This document shows, in pieces, positions 41,111-54,581 of a DNA stretch of 64,000 nucleotides. The DNA is from Octopus sinensis (Eukaryota). A program made the position numbers and the translations under genes. Under the pieces are notes generated by a model, which ran no database searches, was not told the origin of the DNA, and worked only from the letters and a program-made list of their open reading frames with translations. The stretch is taken from assembly GCF_006345805.1 (NCBI RefSeq), contig NC_042997.1:147498001-147562000 (forward strand), given 5' to 3'. Position 1 is the first letter of the stretch; the number at the start of each line of letters is the position of its first letter.

Positions 41111-41600
41111 AAATAACGTTTTTATCCACACTCTAATATAATTTTAATATTGCTAATATATTTTCAGATACTCTATCTTCTAATTAGCCTTAAGATTAAA
41201 TTAAATAACGTTTAATATTAATAATGTCTAATTAGCCTTAAGATTAAATTAAATAACGGTTAATATTGCTTAATATTGTATATATAATTTTTCAGATACT
41301 CTGTCTTCTAATTAGCCTTAAGATTAAATTAAATAACGTTTAATATTACCCACACTCTAATACAATATTAATATTGCTAATATATTTTCAGATACTCTAT
41401 CTCCTAATTAGCCTTAAGATTAAACAACGTTTTTATCCACACTCTAATATAATATTAATATTGCTAATACATTTTCAGATACTCTATCCCCTAATTAGCC
41501 TTAAGATTAAATAACGTTTTTACCCAAATAACGTTTTTACACAAACTTTAATATTGTTAATATTTCTTTTTCAAGTACTCTATCTTCTAATTAGCCTTAA
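41111..41600 (+). repeat. AT-rich irregular tandem array directly upstream of the LINE ORF1
   Basis: Core CTAATTAGCCTTAA(GATTAAA) at 41180, 41228, 41308, 41404, 41491 and 41587. Confidence 0.9.
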
Positions 41601-41661
41601 TATCTTCCTGTCTTCTCTCGAACATAATTAGATAGATAAACGGATAGACGGATTATCCAGC

Positions 41662-42573
41662 ATGTCCAGAGCATGGAGACGTGACGAGCTGGATTTATTT
41701 GTACGAGCATGGGAGTGCGCCGGCGGAGATAGCCCTAGGGAGGTGATTGCGGCTGCGCTGAAGAGCAGAGGCTACAAGAGGACAGCGGCTCAGATGGAGC
41801 GAAAGAGACAGGAATTCGTGCGCTCATATGCGCTTGTACGGTCGCACATTGGCGCACTTGATGCCATCTTTGAGAACGAGCGGAGCAAAGATGGCAAGAA
41901 TGGAGACGATGAAAGAAGTCACCCCCACCTGGTGGACGCCCGGGAGGAGGTTTTGAATGAGAAACCTGCCCGGGAAGTGAACCCAGGTGCAAGTTCTCCA
42001 ACCGGCAGCAAGGGCCATGGAGACGGAGAACCCGGTGAAGAGGTAGAGGGAGGAAGAAGAACTAAAAGAAGGACTGGAAGAGCTAAAGGAAAAGAAAAAG
42101 CTCAAGCAGGACCAAAGAGTGAAACAACCAGAAATAGAAGTGGAACCGCAAAGGATGGAACCAAACAGCGCACACGGGTGTGTATGTTCTACCTGAGAGG
42201 TTCCTGCTGGCATGGAAAGGAAGGTGCAGGCTGCCGCTTTGCACATCGGGGACCCTGCCACAGAGACACGAGGCAGATGGACAAACCATCAACACAAAGA
42301 AAAGGGATGGACCACGCACCACCTGCCCCAAAGCGGAGGTACGCAGATGTTGTGCGCGCCACAAACAGCCAACATGATGTTGTCGAAAGAGCAGCTGCTG
42401 AGCAACAATCTTTTTTGTGCATGGCACAAAAGATTGTACAGCAGCTGACCTGGCTTCATCAAACCCAAGCCCGCAGGTGGGACTACCCACTATATACCAG
42501 ACCACCACAGCAAACAGACACAGGATGGACACCGCCGGCAACAACGTACACCTCACCTCGATACTCCTACTGA
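41662..42573 (+). CDS. LINE ORF1, 303 aa: N-terminal Myb/SANT-like (trihelix-type) domain and a C-x7-C-x8-C-x3-H zinc finger
   Basis: AWRRDELDLFVRAW...IAAALKSRGYKRTAAQMERKRQEF (Myb/SANT-like pattern); CMFYLRGSCWHGKEGAGCRFAH at 42181-42246; basic low-complexity linker between them. Confidence 0.8.
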   Translation: MSRAWRRDELDLFVRAWECAGGDSPREVIAAALKSRGYKRTAAQMERKRQEFVRSYALVRSHIGALDAIFENERSKDGKNGDDERSHPHLVDAREEVLNEKPAREVNPGASSPTGSKGHGDGEPGEEVEGGRRTKRRTGRAKGKEKAQAGPKSETTRNRSGTAKDGTKQRTRVCMFYLRGSCWHGKEGAGCRFAHRGPCHRDTRQMDKPSTQRKGMDHAPPAPKRRYADVVRATNSQHDVVERAAAEQQSFLCMAQKIVQQLTWLHQTQARRWDYPLYTRPPQQTDTGWTPPATTYTSPRYSY

Positions 42574-45521
42574 ACATCAGAGGACTGCAAACACTCAGTA
42601 ACAGGACAAAGATCCCGTTCCTGAGAGACTTTGTTGCATGCAATCAAGCCTTATGCATAGCACTTACAGAAACGCACCTGAAACCGGACATAGCAGATGC
42701 GGAGTTACACATACCACAGTATGCTGTACTACGGACCGACAGGAAAGAAAGGAGTCATGGAGGTGTTGCTATGTACATCCGTGAGGACCTCACACCCCAG
42801 GTCCTCTTGTCATACTCAAACTCGGTGTGTGACACACTAATTGTACATATTAGGCAACTTGATGTAGTTGTGTGTGCTACATATCGCCCTCCAGATGCCC
42901 CAAGCCATGTGGGCAAGTTTGAAGACTGCCTTATAAAAATAGAAGAAATTCTAACCACATTAGAACAACACATAGGTGTGCTTCTTATGGGAGACTTCAA
43001 TCTGCCCAATGTCAGATGGCCCGAGGGCCTTTCTCTCCCAGGAATGACAAGATGTGAACGAGGACAGGCGAGGTCCCTCCTGAACCTCATCAACACCCTG
43101 TACATGGAGCAGGTAATACTCCAACCAACCAGGGCAGGAAACACACTGGATCTCTGCTTCACAAATGACATGGATCTCATCCATAATGTGAAAGTGACAC
43201 CGACACTACTCTCGGATCACAACATGATAGAGCTGACCATGTACGGGCCAAAAGAGAGCACGGACATGCAGCCTACAAGAAACCCTCAAAATCTTTCCAG
43301 CTTGAACTACCATAAGGCAAACTGGAAACAAATTGAGAAAGAGATCCTCAAACAAAACTGGCCTAAATGTCTCTCCTCGCCAGACATCGACGTGAAACTT
43401 CAACAATTCATGTCTGTAATGCAAGCCATATGCTACAAATGTGTCCCAGAGAGAAAGGCCACTGTACACAAGAACAAAATCCCCAGAGAGAGGAAAATTT
43501 TAATGAGACGGCGTACGAAATTTTCAAATCGCCTAAACAAACAGATTGAAAGCAGTGAAAAGTCCCGCCTAAAAATAAAACTGTTGGAAATCGAAAAATG
43601 TCTGCAACTCTCCCATGAAAAAGAAAGAGCAGACAGAGAAGCCTGGGCTATAGAAAACATAAAATCTAACCCCAGAGCTTTCTACAGGTATGCCAAAGAA
43701 ACAGCTACAGTGCACTGTAGAATAGGGCCAACTCCTCGAAAAGGATGGCACACTTACAGGAAAACCAATGAGGGTAAGTGAAATACTGAATGAGCAATTC
43801 AAGAGTGTTTTCACTCCACCCCTTGGGCATCTCCAAATCACCAATCCAACTGACTTTTTTAACACTGCAGATATAAAATCAGAGGCGGCGACGATAGATT
43901 ACATCGATATAAAGGAAGAAGATGTAACCAAGGCTATAGATGAAATGAAAACAGACTCAGCTACTGGCCCCGATGGATTCCCGGCAATCCTCCTAAAAGC
44001 ATGTAAGAGAGTCCTAGCAAGACCACTGCAGTTCCTCTTTCAGAGCTTCCTTGCAGCTGGCAAACTTCCAGGAAAACTGAAGGAAGGTAAAATATGCCCC
44101 ATTCATAAAGGAGGTAGCAGAGCGGAAGCCAAGAACTATAGACCTATCTCTCTGACCTCACACATCAGCAAGGTCATGGAACGAATAGTCAGAAGGAAGC
44201 TGATCACCTTCCTTGAAGAGAATGACTTGCTGCCCGACACCCAACATGGTTTCCGACCAGGGAGAAGCTGTTTAACTCAGCTCCTACAACACTATGACTG
44301 GGTGCTGAAACGGCTGCTCAACCACTCAAATGTGGAAGTGATATATCTCGACTTTGCAAAGGCCTTTGATAAAGTCGATCATGGAATGATATGTCACAAA
44401 CTGCGTGATCTCAACATAGTTGGAAAACTGGGAGAATGGCTTCATGACTTTCTGAAGGATAGAAGTCAGGTGGTAGTAGCCAATGGGGCCACCTCCATTA
44501 ACACACAAATAGTGAGCGGTGTTCCGCAGGGCACTGTTCTGGGACCACTACTGTTCATAATGGCCCTCTCAGACATGCCCTCAGCCACGCAGAGAGCCAC
44601 GATCACAAGTTATGCAGATGATACAAAAGTTTCACAGGCAATACAGAACCCTGAGGACACTAAACACCTGCAATGTGAGCTGGACGAAATATACAAGTGG
44701 GCTGAAAAGAATAGCATGCAGTTCAATGCTGGAAAGTTTCAAGCTTTATACTATCAGCATGCAAAACTGAATGCAATACCCAATGAATACACTGGACCCG
44801 GAGGGATTGCAATCCCAGAGGCACAATCAGTGCGTGACCTGGGTATTCACATGAGTGATGACGCGACCTTTCATGTACATGTTGCTAAACTGACAGTGAA
44901 ATGTAGACGGCTGGCTGGATGGATTCTTAGAACCTTTAGAACAAGAGAACAAGAAACCATGATGGTCCTCTGGAAGACACTTGTCCTAAGCCACTTTGAC
45001 TATTGCTCTCAGCTATGGTCACCATCCAGTGTCAAGTTGATCACAGAACTTGAGGCGATCCAACGAATTACACAAAGAAGATAGCCTCTATGCAGAATGT
45101 AAGCTACTGGGAAAGACTCAAGAGATTAAAATTATATTCCCTGGAGCGTAGGCGGGAAAGATATGCCATAATATACATCTGGAAGATCCTGGAGGGAAGT
45201 GTCCTGAACTTTGGCATCGAGAGTTACGCAAATGCCAGAACTGGGCGCCACTGCGTGGTGCCTAGGACTCCAAACCTGCCATCAAGATGTAGGACAAGAT
45301 TCTGTGATAGCCTGGGCTTCCGAGGCCCACAGCTCTTCAATATCCTCCCGAAGAACCTGAGAGACCTGCATGGGGTGGATACAGATGTCTTTAAAATGAA
45401 GCTGGATCTCTTCCTGTCAGGTGTCCCAGATGAACCAACTTCACGGCAGGAGGGGCAGATGAGGGCAGCTGCATCGAACTCTCTCATGCACCAAATAGCA
45501 GTTGCTAGAAAGCCTCCATGA
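42525..45521 (+). pseudogene. LINE ORF2 (APE endonuclease + reverse transcriptase), 998 codons if two 1-nt indels are repaired
   Basis: APE motifs LLLNIRGL, IALTETHL, YRPP, GDFNLP, TLDLCF and SDHN; RT motifs NYRPISLTS, QHGFRPGRSC, YLDFAKAFDKV, GVPQGTVLGPLLF, YADD and DLGI. +1 A at 43730-43731 and -1 at ~45067. Confidence 0.92.
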
Positions 45522-45589
45522 AGTGAAACCAAGTAGCAACACCAAATGGCGGTGCCCCAGCATGGCCACAGCTCATAAGCTGAAACTAG

Positions 45590-45805
<216 letters not shown>

Positions 45806-46169
45806 AATATCTTCTTCAGAACAAGATTGTGTTTCTAGCATCATTGGTGTAACTATGATGTTGTGGTGATGTGATGAGCTAGCTTTATTTATCTGCATTG
45901 ATTTGCGAATATACAATTGTGTTGTAAAATGCAAAGCGTGCATATATCTATAGACATATAAACATAACTTCTAATACACTGAAATTGTTATCAGATGGTG
46001 AATCTGTGAAACGGCCGTCAGCCTAAAGATGAGAAGTGGTTAAATAAATATATTCACTTCTCATACCTCCAGACGTTTTACTGTTTATATATTCCTCATG
46101 AAATTATTTCATTGTTGAGGCCTTCTGGATTTCAGCTGCATGTATGCACACGACCGATTTAAATTGCCT

Positions 46170-46690
46170 GCCTTATAACTCATCGTGCGATATGGTCAGA
46201 ATAACACCGTAGTGAATATATTGACGAAATAAATATATAAATTTATATAAATAAGAATGAGATCGGTATTTAAATACCGATCTTATCAGGTGGCCAGCAT
46301 GGGAATAAAAACCTTTCAAAAGTAATAATTGTTTAAAATTATAATTAGGGTATCCAAGAGATACCACCAAGCTTGATATAGCAGTCAGAACTTGACTCTA
46401 AAACCACTGGTCGCTTGCATACGTGCATATATATGTATGTATACGTTCGTATATGTAAGTATATCGTATGTTGTATATATATATATGTGTATATATATAT
46501 ATATTTGTATTTATGTGCTATCTGAGTATATTCCACTGACAAAGGCAGAACATCTCTTATGCAAAGCCAGAAATACGCGACCTGCATTTATGCAGTAATT
46601 TTTGGCTAGTTTATATTGTCTCTTTGTCTTCTCCTGGTGCTGTATGAAAATTTAATATGGTTTCAGAGTCAAGTTAATCTACAACATTTA
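46170..46690. mobile_element. HHR-bearing repeat family HH-C, inverted plus direct fragments (relative of 52364-52755)
   Basis: 46260-46410 is the reverse complement of 52600-52755; 46510-46680 is a direct homolog of 52465-52620; degenerate HHR at 46532-46586 (CTGACAA-A-GGC...GCC-A-GAAA). Confidence 0.75.
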
Positions 46691-47414
46691 GAACAGAAGT
46701 ATGAACCAGTGTCTGACAAAACATGTTCAATCTTTCTGATACATTTGAAAGCTAATAGTAACAAAAGTTTGGCCACATGCTAGTTAAAATGATTTTGTTC
46801 CAAAGTAAACAATCTATAGCGCTCGTCAAAGCATTCAGAATTGCTTTCCCTCATGAGCATGTAATATTTAAACCCTTAGAAATATTTAATATAAGTTTAA
46901 TGCCACTTCATATACATTTGATTGTTACATATCTGATATATCCAATAAATTGAAGCCTACCATTTTAATAAGCCATCATTACATAATTAAAATTCGAATA
47001 GCCAAACAACAAACAAATCATATTTCATTCTGTTTAATCCCATTGTCAGAAATGTAAATAAAATGACTTGTGTACAAAAATATAAACATTTTCTTCGAAT
47101 TTGTAAAAAAATCAGTAGGTATTGCGTATGTGACTTATAGTTGCCCAAATATGTCATCATAGAGAAGATATAAATAAGTAAACGTGACTCCAAAATCGAT
47201 CATACTGTGCGGCACCTACCACGTGTCCTATATTATAATCAAGGGTCGAACATTTACCTTATCAAAAGACCTTAGAAAAAACGCTAAATGTGCGCAAGCC
47301 CGTCGTATATAAATTTGTGTTATTTAGATACATATGCGCAGTAAAATGGTAGTTTGTGTAAGTCGGTAGCTCACCATGTCGATGGGAAGAATCAGATCTA
47401 GTGATACTTTATGT

Positions 47415-47622
47415 CAGTGGTTCTGACCATTTTTTGCCTTTAGTCTTAATTGATTTCTAGCCATTCGATGTGTATAAAAAAACACCCTACAGTAATTTTA
47501 TATATATAAAAATTATTAGGAATTGTATAAAAAAATTTAAGTATTTTGTGTGTTGTGCATTTTAACAACAAAATCTTATATTGATTCCCATTGGTCACAT
47601 GAACCCCGGTTGAGAACAGCTG
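47415..47622. mobile_element. hAT-type MITE (208 bp)
   Basis: TIRs CAGTGGTTCTGACC / GGTTGAGAACAGCTG; imperfect 8-bp TSD CTTTATGT / CTTTATCA. Confidence 0.7.
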
Positions 47623-48399
47623 CTTTATCAGACGGAAAACAGATTAACTCTGCTCAAACCTGAGGAGTCAGTAGCGAAATGTTAAACACGTTTTTTCATT
47701 GAATTCATACTTATCAATTACCATGAAAAAGACCACAACTATTCTTCGTAGACTCGATTTTTTGAGGTTTAATATTTTCATATTTCATTTACTGACAAGC
47801 AGTTCAATGGATGATATCTCAGACGCTACATAATAAATCTGTGGTAGGATTAGACCGCATCTTAGCGTAATACTAGTTAATTATTCATTGTTGTACCTAA
47901 TTATCATGTCTATTTAAAGTGGTGCAAGTAAACGCCATTTTATCTGAATTGGCAACGAATGATGAAATACAGTGTATACATTGACAAGAAAACCGTTATC
48001 TTATCAACTAAGCATGATGCGACTTTTAATAGAAGTAGATGAAACATCTTAATTGGAAACACCAATAAAAAGGCTTGTCTATTTACTGCTGAATAATATT
48101 TCTATGACGACAGACATCAAAACGAGACATTTCATACACTGCTCATATCTGAAGGATTGGCGTAGAAGAAACGAGAATCAATGAATCGAGTTTGCAGCAT
48201 AGTATTTTGAATTCTATTGTGAACATATTAATGAATTTACTTCAACAGGAGATCTCAGTAGAGTTTTTGATATATGCAGGAAATATATTTAGATGAGACA
48301 GTGAAATCTTTTGATAATAGAGTTTCAAATTATGCAAAGATAATCTAAAATATCAAAAACCATTTACGCACGCATGCATACATACATACATACATACTT

Positions 48400-48425
48400 A
48401 CATATATATATAAGTATATATGTAT

Positions 48426-48487
<62 letters not shown>

Positions 48488-48573
48488 TATATACATATAT
48501 ATGTATATATGTATATATATATATATATATATACATGTATATACATATACACACATACATATATACATATATG

Positions 48574-48617
<44 letters not shown>

Positions 48618-48650
48618 TATACGTATATATGTATATAAATATATAAGTAT
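48400..48650. repeat. (TA)n compound microsatellite
   Basis: Direct. Confidence 0.95.
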
Positions 48651-48821
48651 ATGAATCTATCTGTCTATCGGTATGTATGCGTTTCTGCTTCTTGTATGTA
48701 AACTTATATAATGAAAAAACATTCAAGCATTAATATAAGGCTGACTCAACGTATTTGAATATTGCAGTATTTTACTTCTACAAGAAAAAAGTTCAGAGTC
48801 AGCATTCTCATTGTAAAAGTC

Positions 48822-49010
<189 letters not shown>

Positions 49011-49336
49011 ATATCTATCTATGTATTCTTTGATATATGCTCGCCTGTTTTTTATTTTGCATGAATGCAATTTTACCTTAGAATACTAAAAAATGTTAAT
49101 ATATCTGAGAGCAACGAGGATGACGTCATACGCTCAAGTCGTAATTTCAAATGTGTTAAACTTTCGATCGACTCTAAACTTTAGTTTATTGCAAGCTGTT
49201 AACATTTACGGTCGACCAAAGGACTGACATATAAACGCATATACGCACGCGTGCACACACACAGAGATAGCCCCAAAACAGCAAATATGTATGAACATAT
49301 ATATCTATACACATATACACAGATATACATGTACAT

Positions 49337-49744
49337 ACTCTTTACTCTTTACTCTTTTACTTGTTTCAGTCATTTGACTGCGGCCATGCTGGAGCACCGC
49401 CTTTAATCGAGCAACTCGACCCCGGGACTTATTCTTTTGTAAGCCCAATACTTATTCTATCGGTCTCTTTTGCCGAACCGCTAAGTAACGGGGACATAAA
49501 CACACCAGCATCGGTTGTCAAGCAATGCTAGGGGGACAAACACAGACACACAAACACACACATGCATATAAATATATACATATATACGACGGGCTTCTTT
49601 TCAGTTTCTGTCTACCAAATCCACTCACAAGGCTTTGGTCGGCCCGAGGCTATAGTAGAAGGCACTTACCCAAGGTGCCATGCAGTGGGACTGAACCCAG
49701 AACCATGTTGTTGGTAAGCAAGCAACTTACCACACAGCCACTCC
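49337..49744 (-). mobile_element. SINE family B
   Basis: Reverse-complement homolog of 50081-50516. Confidence 0.9.
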
Positions 49745-49748
49745 ATTC

Positions 49749-49790
<42 letters not shown>

Positions 49791-50080
49791 GATATGACTT
49801 CACAGACAACGGTATTTGTAACTCACATAGGCAAAAAGAAGAAAAATAACGAAATCAGACTTCGATTAATTATGGACGCGTTTCTGGATTAGAATTATAA
49901 AAATTCATTTCCGTTATCAACATTATGTTGAAAAACTATAGAGTTATACATGTTCATGTTAATATTAAAAAAAGGGAATATATATATATATATATATGAG
50001 GGCAAAAGTGATAGGCAAGACTATGTTTGAAAAAAGTTATAATATTGGCGCAGGAGTGGCTGTGGCTAAGTTACAATATA

Positions 50081-50516
50081 GGCGCAGGAGTGGCTGTGTG
50101 GTAAGTAGCTTGCTAACCAGCCACATGGTTCCGGGTTCAGTCCCACTGCGTGGCATCTGGGGCAAGTGTCTTCTGCTATAGCCCCGGGCCGACCAATGCC
50201 TTGTGAGTGGATTTGGTAGACGGAAACTGAAAGAAGCCTGTCGTATATATGTATATATATGTATATATATGAGTGTGTGTGTGTGTGTGTGTGTATGTGT
50301 TTGTCCCCCTAGCATTGCTTGACAACCGATGCTGGTATGCTTACGTCCCCGTCACTTAGCGGTTCGGCAAAAGATACCGATAGAATAAGTACTGGGCTTA
50401 CAAAGAATAAGTCCCGGGGTTGATTTGCTCGACTAAAGGCGGTGCTCCAGCATGGCCGCAGTCAGTCAAATGATTGAAACAAGTAAAAGAGTAAAAGAGT
50501 AACAGAGTAAAAGAGT
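50081..50516 (+). mobile_element. SINE family B, preceded by a partial duplicate of its own head (50041-50064)
   Basis: GGCGCAGGAGTGGCTGTGTGGTAAG...GGTTCCGGGTTCAGTCCC; tail (GAGTAAAA)n. Confidence 0.9.
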
Positions 50517-50873
50517 ATTGAAGAAAAAATGTACATACAAGGAGAGAAAATCCAAAGTGAACTTAACAAGGAAAAAACATCGATTAAATTTACTGTTAAC
50601 ATCCCCATTCTTACAAACACGAAGTTAAATGGCTTTGTGATCATGAGTGCACCAAACTTCACGTGTGGGTGCGCTCACATTTTCGCGGCTGGTTATATGT
50701 GCGAGTGTACTCGCGCTATGCATCATGAATTACATCATGAATTTCATTACGAAGTGATGATGTAACTTTTAAATGCTGTAAAACAAAGAATAGTCGGGAT
50801 AAAACATTAAAGTTAACGACGGACGCTTCATTCTTAATGATCTGATATATATATATATGTGTGTGTATAAATA

Positions 50874-50918
<45 letters not shown>

Positions 50919-52363
50919 AAGCGCATATATAGAAGTATATATACATACAAATAGCTGATCCAATGTAACCTATGGATCCAAACTCGAGATGGTACCAATT
51001 AAGGCGTTTTGTATGGAAGAAGAACACAAGTGGAGAGTGAAATTAAGAACAGCTGGTTTGCTATTGATGAATACTTCGATAACTTCGATTACATCATGAA
51101 AAATCCTGCCCTTTTCTGGTGATTTTAGATACTGTTTACTCAGCAACACATGGTCCTATTCCCTTGAGTGTATAGCGCACTGGTACAATCATGTGACTGT
51201 ATTTGGCTATTTACAGCCAATCAGGTTGTTTACCTTTGGTCCGTTACTTTTACACGAACACCTTCAGAAGATATTTATTCCAATACATAGAACAATTTTT
51301 ATTAAGAAGTTATATGCAATCATTCGTCGGGGAGTTTTTATTTCTCCTACACTCTACATATGCTGACTGACATGCATGAATCATTGACTCATATTAATAT
51401 TGAAGGTGTGCAAGCTTTATTACATTATTTATACAATTTTATTAACTTTTAATTAATGCAAATAATCAATAATTATTTTAAAACTAGTTTTTCAAGTCTA
51501 AACAAAATATTGTACTGGAAATATATCTTTCTCGGGCAGTTACGTACTGCTAACACATCTTTTACCATAACACTTACTGAAAAATATACCTTGTGAATGA
51601 ATTACAATACGTCTGCTCTTAATCGTCTTTTTAAAAGAATACTGAACATACTAATTCTGCATATATATGTGCTAATAAATCGACTATATGCTATTATCTT
51701 TGACTGTGATGTGTTCTTTGTTGCCGTTCTTATACATGTAATAAATAACTGGTTAGAATGCCATCAACCCTTGGCATATTCTATTGGGCAATAAACCTGT
51801 TTGAACTGGAGAATCTAAAACCACCCCACTGAACATGTTTATTCATTTCCTTACAGAGTCAAACATCATAAACCCCAAATCTCAAACCGTGAATATCATT
51901 CCCGTAAATCTATTGCTGCTGAGCTGATCACAAACACTGATTACAACACCTGACTTGAATTAGTATTTATCCCATCCAACGGAAGGTTTTACTTAACTTC
52001 ACACATCTTGCAAAAGGTCGCTTTCCTATATTGCGAGCACCCCTATTTACCAAATTACAGCATAGCATTTTCACAGACCAATGCTAATTTTGTAGAATAT
52101 TTCATTCCTCCATACTACACCCAAATTGTTTCCGTTATCTACACGTTCATGAACATCGCTTTATTTGCAGGCTTGTTTGCTTCCAACTCTACATTACACA
52201 CATACGTACACACACACGAGTGTATGTGTGGTGGGAGGGAGTAGGTGAGACTCGTTATCCGTGGTGAAGGCAACTCTTCTCGGAGAAGTAAACTCTGACA
52301 TAGAACCAGGTCATAGTAATGAAGATCCCCTTAATTGGCTGCACTATCAAAGCCATCACTATC

Positions 52364-52755
52364 TGACTGCTATTTCAGCGTGGTAGTATCTCTCGGCTAC
52401 TCTAATTTATAGTTTTAAATAAAGTAGGTATAACGTATGTTCTGTATATAGATATATATCTATTTATGTGCTATCTGGTAAAATTCACTGAAGAAGGCAG
52501 AGCATCACTTATGCAAAGCCAGAAATCCAGGATCTGGAATTATCCATGAAAATATTTTTGCCGCTCTGTCTACTCTTCTAGCGCTATATGAACATTTAAG
52601 GTGGCTTTAGGGTCAGGTTTTGACTGCTATTTCAGCGTGGTGGTATCTCTCGGATACTCTAATTTATAGTTTTAAATAATTATTACCTTCGTCAGATTTT
52701 TGTATTCCTATGCTGGCCACTTGATAAGATCGATATTTAAATATCGATCTTATAC
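52364..52755 (+). mobile_element. HHR-bearing repeat family HH-C with 59-nt direct repeat (257-nt spacing) and 30-bp perfect palindrome
   Basis: 52364-52422 vs 52621-52679 (2 mismatches); ATAAGATCGATATTTAAATATCGATCTTAT at 52724-52753; followed by (TA)n. Confidence 0.8.
52484..52538 (+). ncRNA. Type I hammerhead variant (A10.1/A11.1 juxtaposition, AUC site)
   Basis: TTCA-CTGAAGA-A-GGC agaGCATcacttATGCaaa GCC-A-GAAA-TCC A GGA-TC^TGGA; predicted cleavage after 52534. Confidence 0.65.
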
Positions 52756-52756
52756 T

Positions 52757-52787
<31 letters not shown>

Positions 52788-52938
52788 TATTTTATAGAAG
52801 GAGCTTCTACAGGACTAGAACTGTTTCATTCAAATGAAATCTTCAGGAAGTGTCAACCCCCTCCTTAACCTGTTTCCTCTATCTATAGCAACGACAGACA
52901 TTGCTCTCCCAGTCAGTCTCCTGCATATTACAGGCCTA

Positions 52939-53260
<322 letters not shown>

Positions 53261-53490
53261 TGCATATATAAGAACATTCATGCTTCTTTTTCTCCTTTTT
53301 CTCCTTTCCTCTATGACATCGTTTCATTAATCTATACCCTTCACATATTCTCTATTTGTCTCCGATGACGGAGTATCATATACTTTAGAATATATCAAAA
53401 ACAGCTGTAAGACTTTAATTTTTTCCACTATTAATAACGTATAGGACTTAAGATGTTTGTCTTGACTTAGCGTTTGTTGTCCTCTTTAAC

Positions 53491-53557
<67 letters not shown>

Positions 53558-53659
53558 AATATGACTATTTTCTCTTTTCCATTAGGCCGCTGGTAGCGAT
53601 AAATTTTTACTGAATTTTTTGCTACCCTAAATTGATTAATTTATATATATGTATGTATA

Positions 53660-53899
53660 TTTGGTGGCCGTCCACTCGTGGTCGAGGAAGACCATTACTG
53701 ACCTTTAGGAACGTTGTGCCCTCTAGGACTAACTTATGTTTTGTATTATTAGCTACCCGTTGGTAGCTAATGAGATCTGCTTTTGACAAGCATAGACGAC
53801 TGCAAACATTGCAAACCAAGCTTGCTCCATTCACTACACTAGCAGCGCGCTTTCATGCAGTACGTTTAAATTCTTCATGCAGAATACGTGCTCTCTCAA
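53660..53899 (-). mobile_element. RTE-clade LINE 3' end fragment
   Basis: FERARILHEEFKRTA*KR...LVCNVCSRLCLSKADLISYQR (C-x2-C...GLxSHxR-type C-terminal motif of RTE elements), followed by a short 3' UTR CTTCCTCGACCACGAGTGGACGGCC. Confidence 0.7.
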
Positions 53900-53986
53900 A
53901 AGTGTCAACCCCCTCCTTAACCTGTTTCCTCCATCTATAGCAACGACAGACATTGCTCTCCCAGTCAGTCTCCTGCATATTACAGG

Positions 53987-54029
<43 letters not shown>

Positions 54030-54037
<8 letters not shown>

Positions 54038-54581
54038 AAGAAGGGTAGTAATATTATTTACTACCAGGTGCCCAGCACAAAAGACGAATTAGTCATAAGA
54101 CAAAAATATTATTCATATAGAAAAATATTATTCATGTAGTTATACAATTAAGGGCTCCTAAATAAAGATGCCGAGTGCTGGGAACACAAAAAGGGGATGA
54201 ATTTATCGAGAGTGAAAATCAAAAACGTTTACCGATAACTTTAACAACTCGTACCGCGGTTTCTGCTTCTTTCTAGCAAAACACAGAATATGTTTGCTAA
54301 GGCCAGCTTCATCAGCGAGTCGCCTAAATTTAATCGAGGTCTGCAGCGATGTGGGACTATGTGTTGAATCCGACTACTAGCAGATCTTAACTTTTCAAAT
54401 CTCTGCGCAGACGCAAAATTTACACGGGCATGCCGGGAAGAATTTTACGAATAAATCCATCATGTAGTATGCGAATATAAACAAGAAGGGTAGTAATATT
54501 ATTTACTACCAGGTGCCCAGCACAAAAGACGAATTAGTCATAAGACAAAAATATTATTCATATAGAAAAATATTATTCATG

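Noticed and set aside
47655-47690. CTGAGGA-gtcagtagc-GAAA-TGTT hammerhead-like string
   Set aside because: Stem II is weak and stem I does not pair.
49165-49230. Minus-strand GGTCGAC/GTCGATC-GAAA stem
   Set aside because: No CUGANGA-like core and no stem III.
52812-52850. Minus-strand CTGAAGA-TTTCATTTGAAT-GAAA-CAGTT
   Set aside because: U-U closure of stem II and no stem I pairing; at best a decayed motif.
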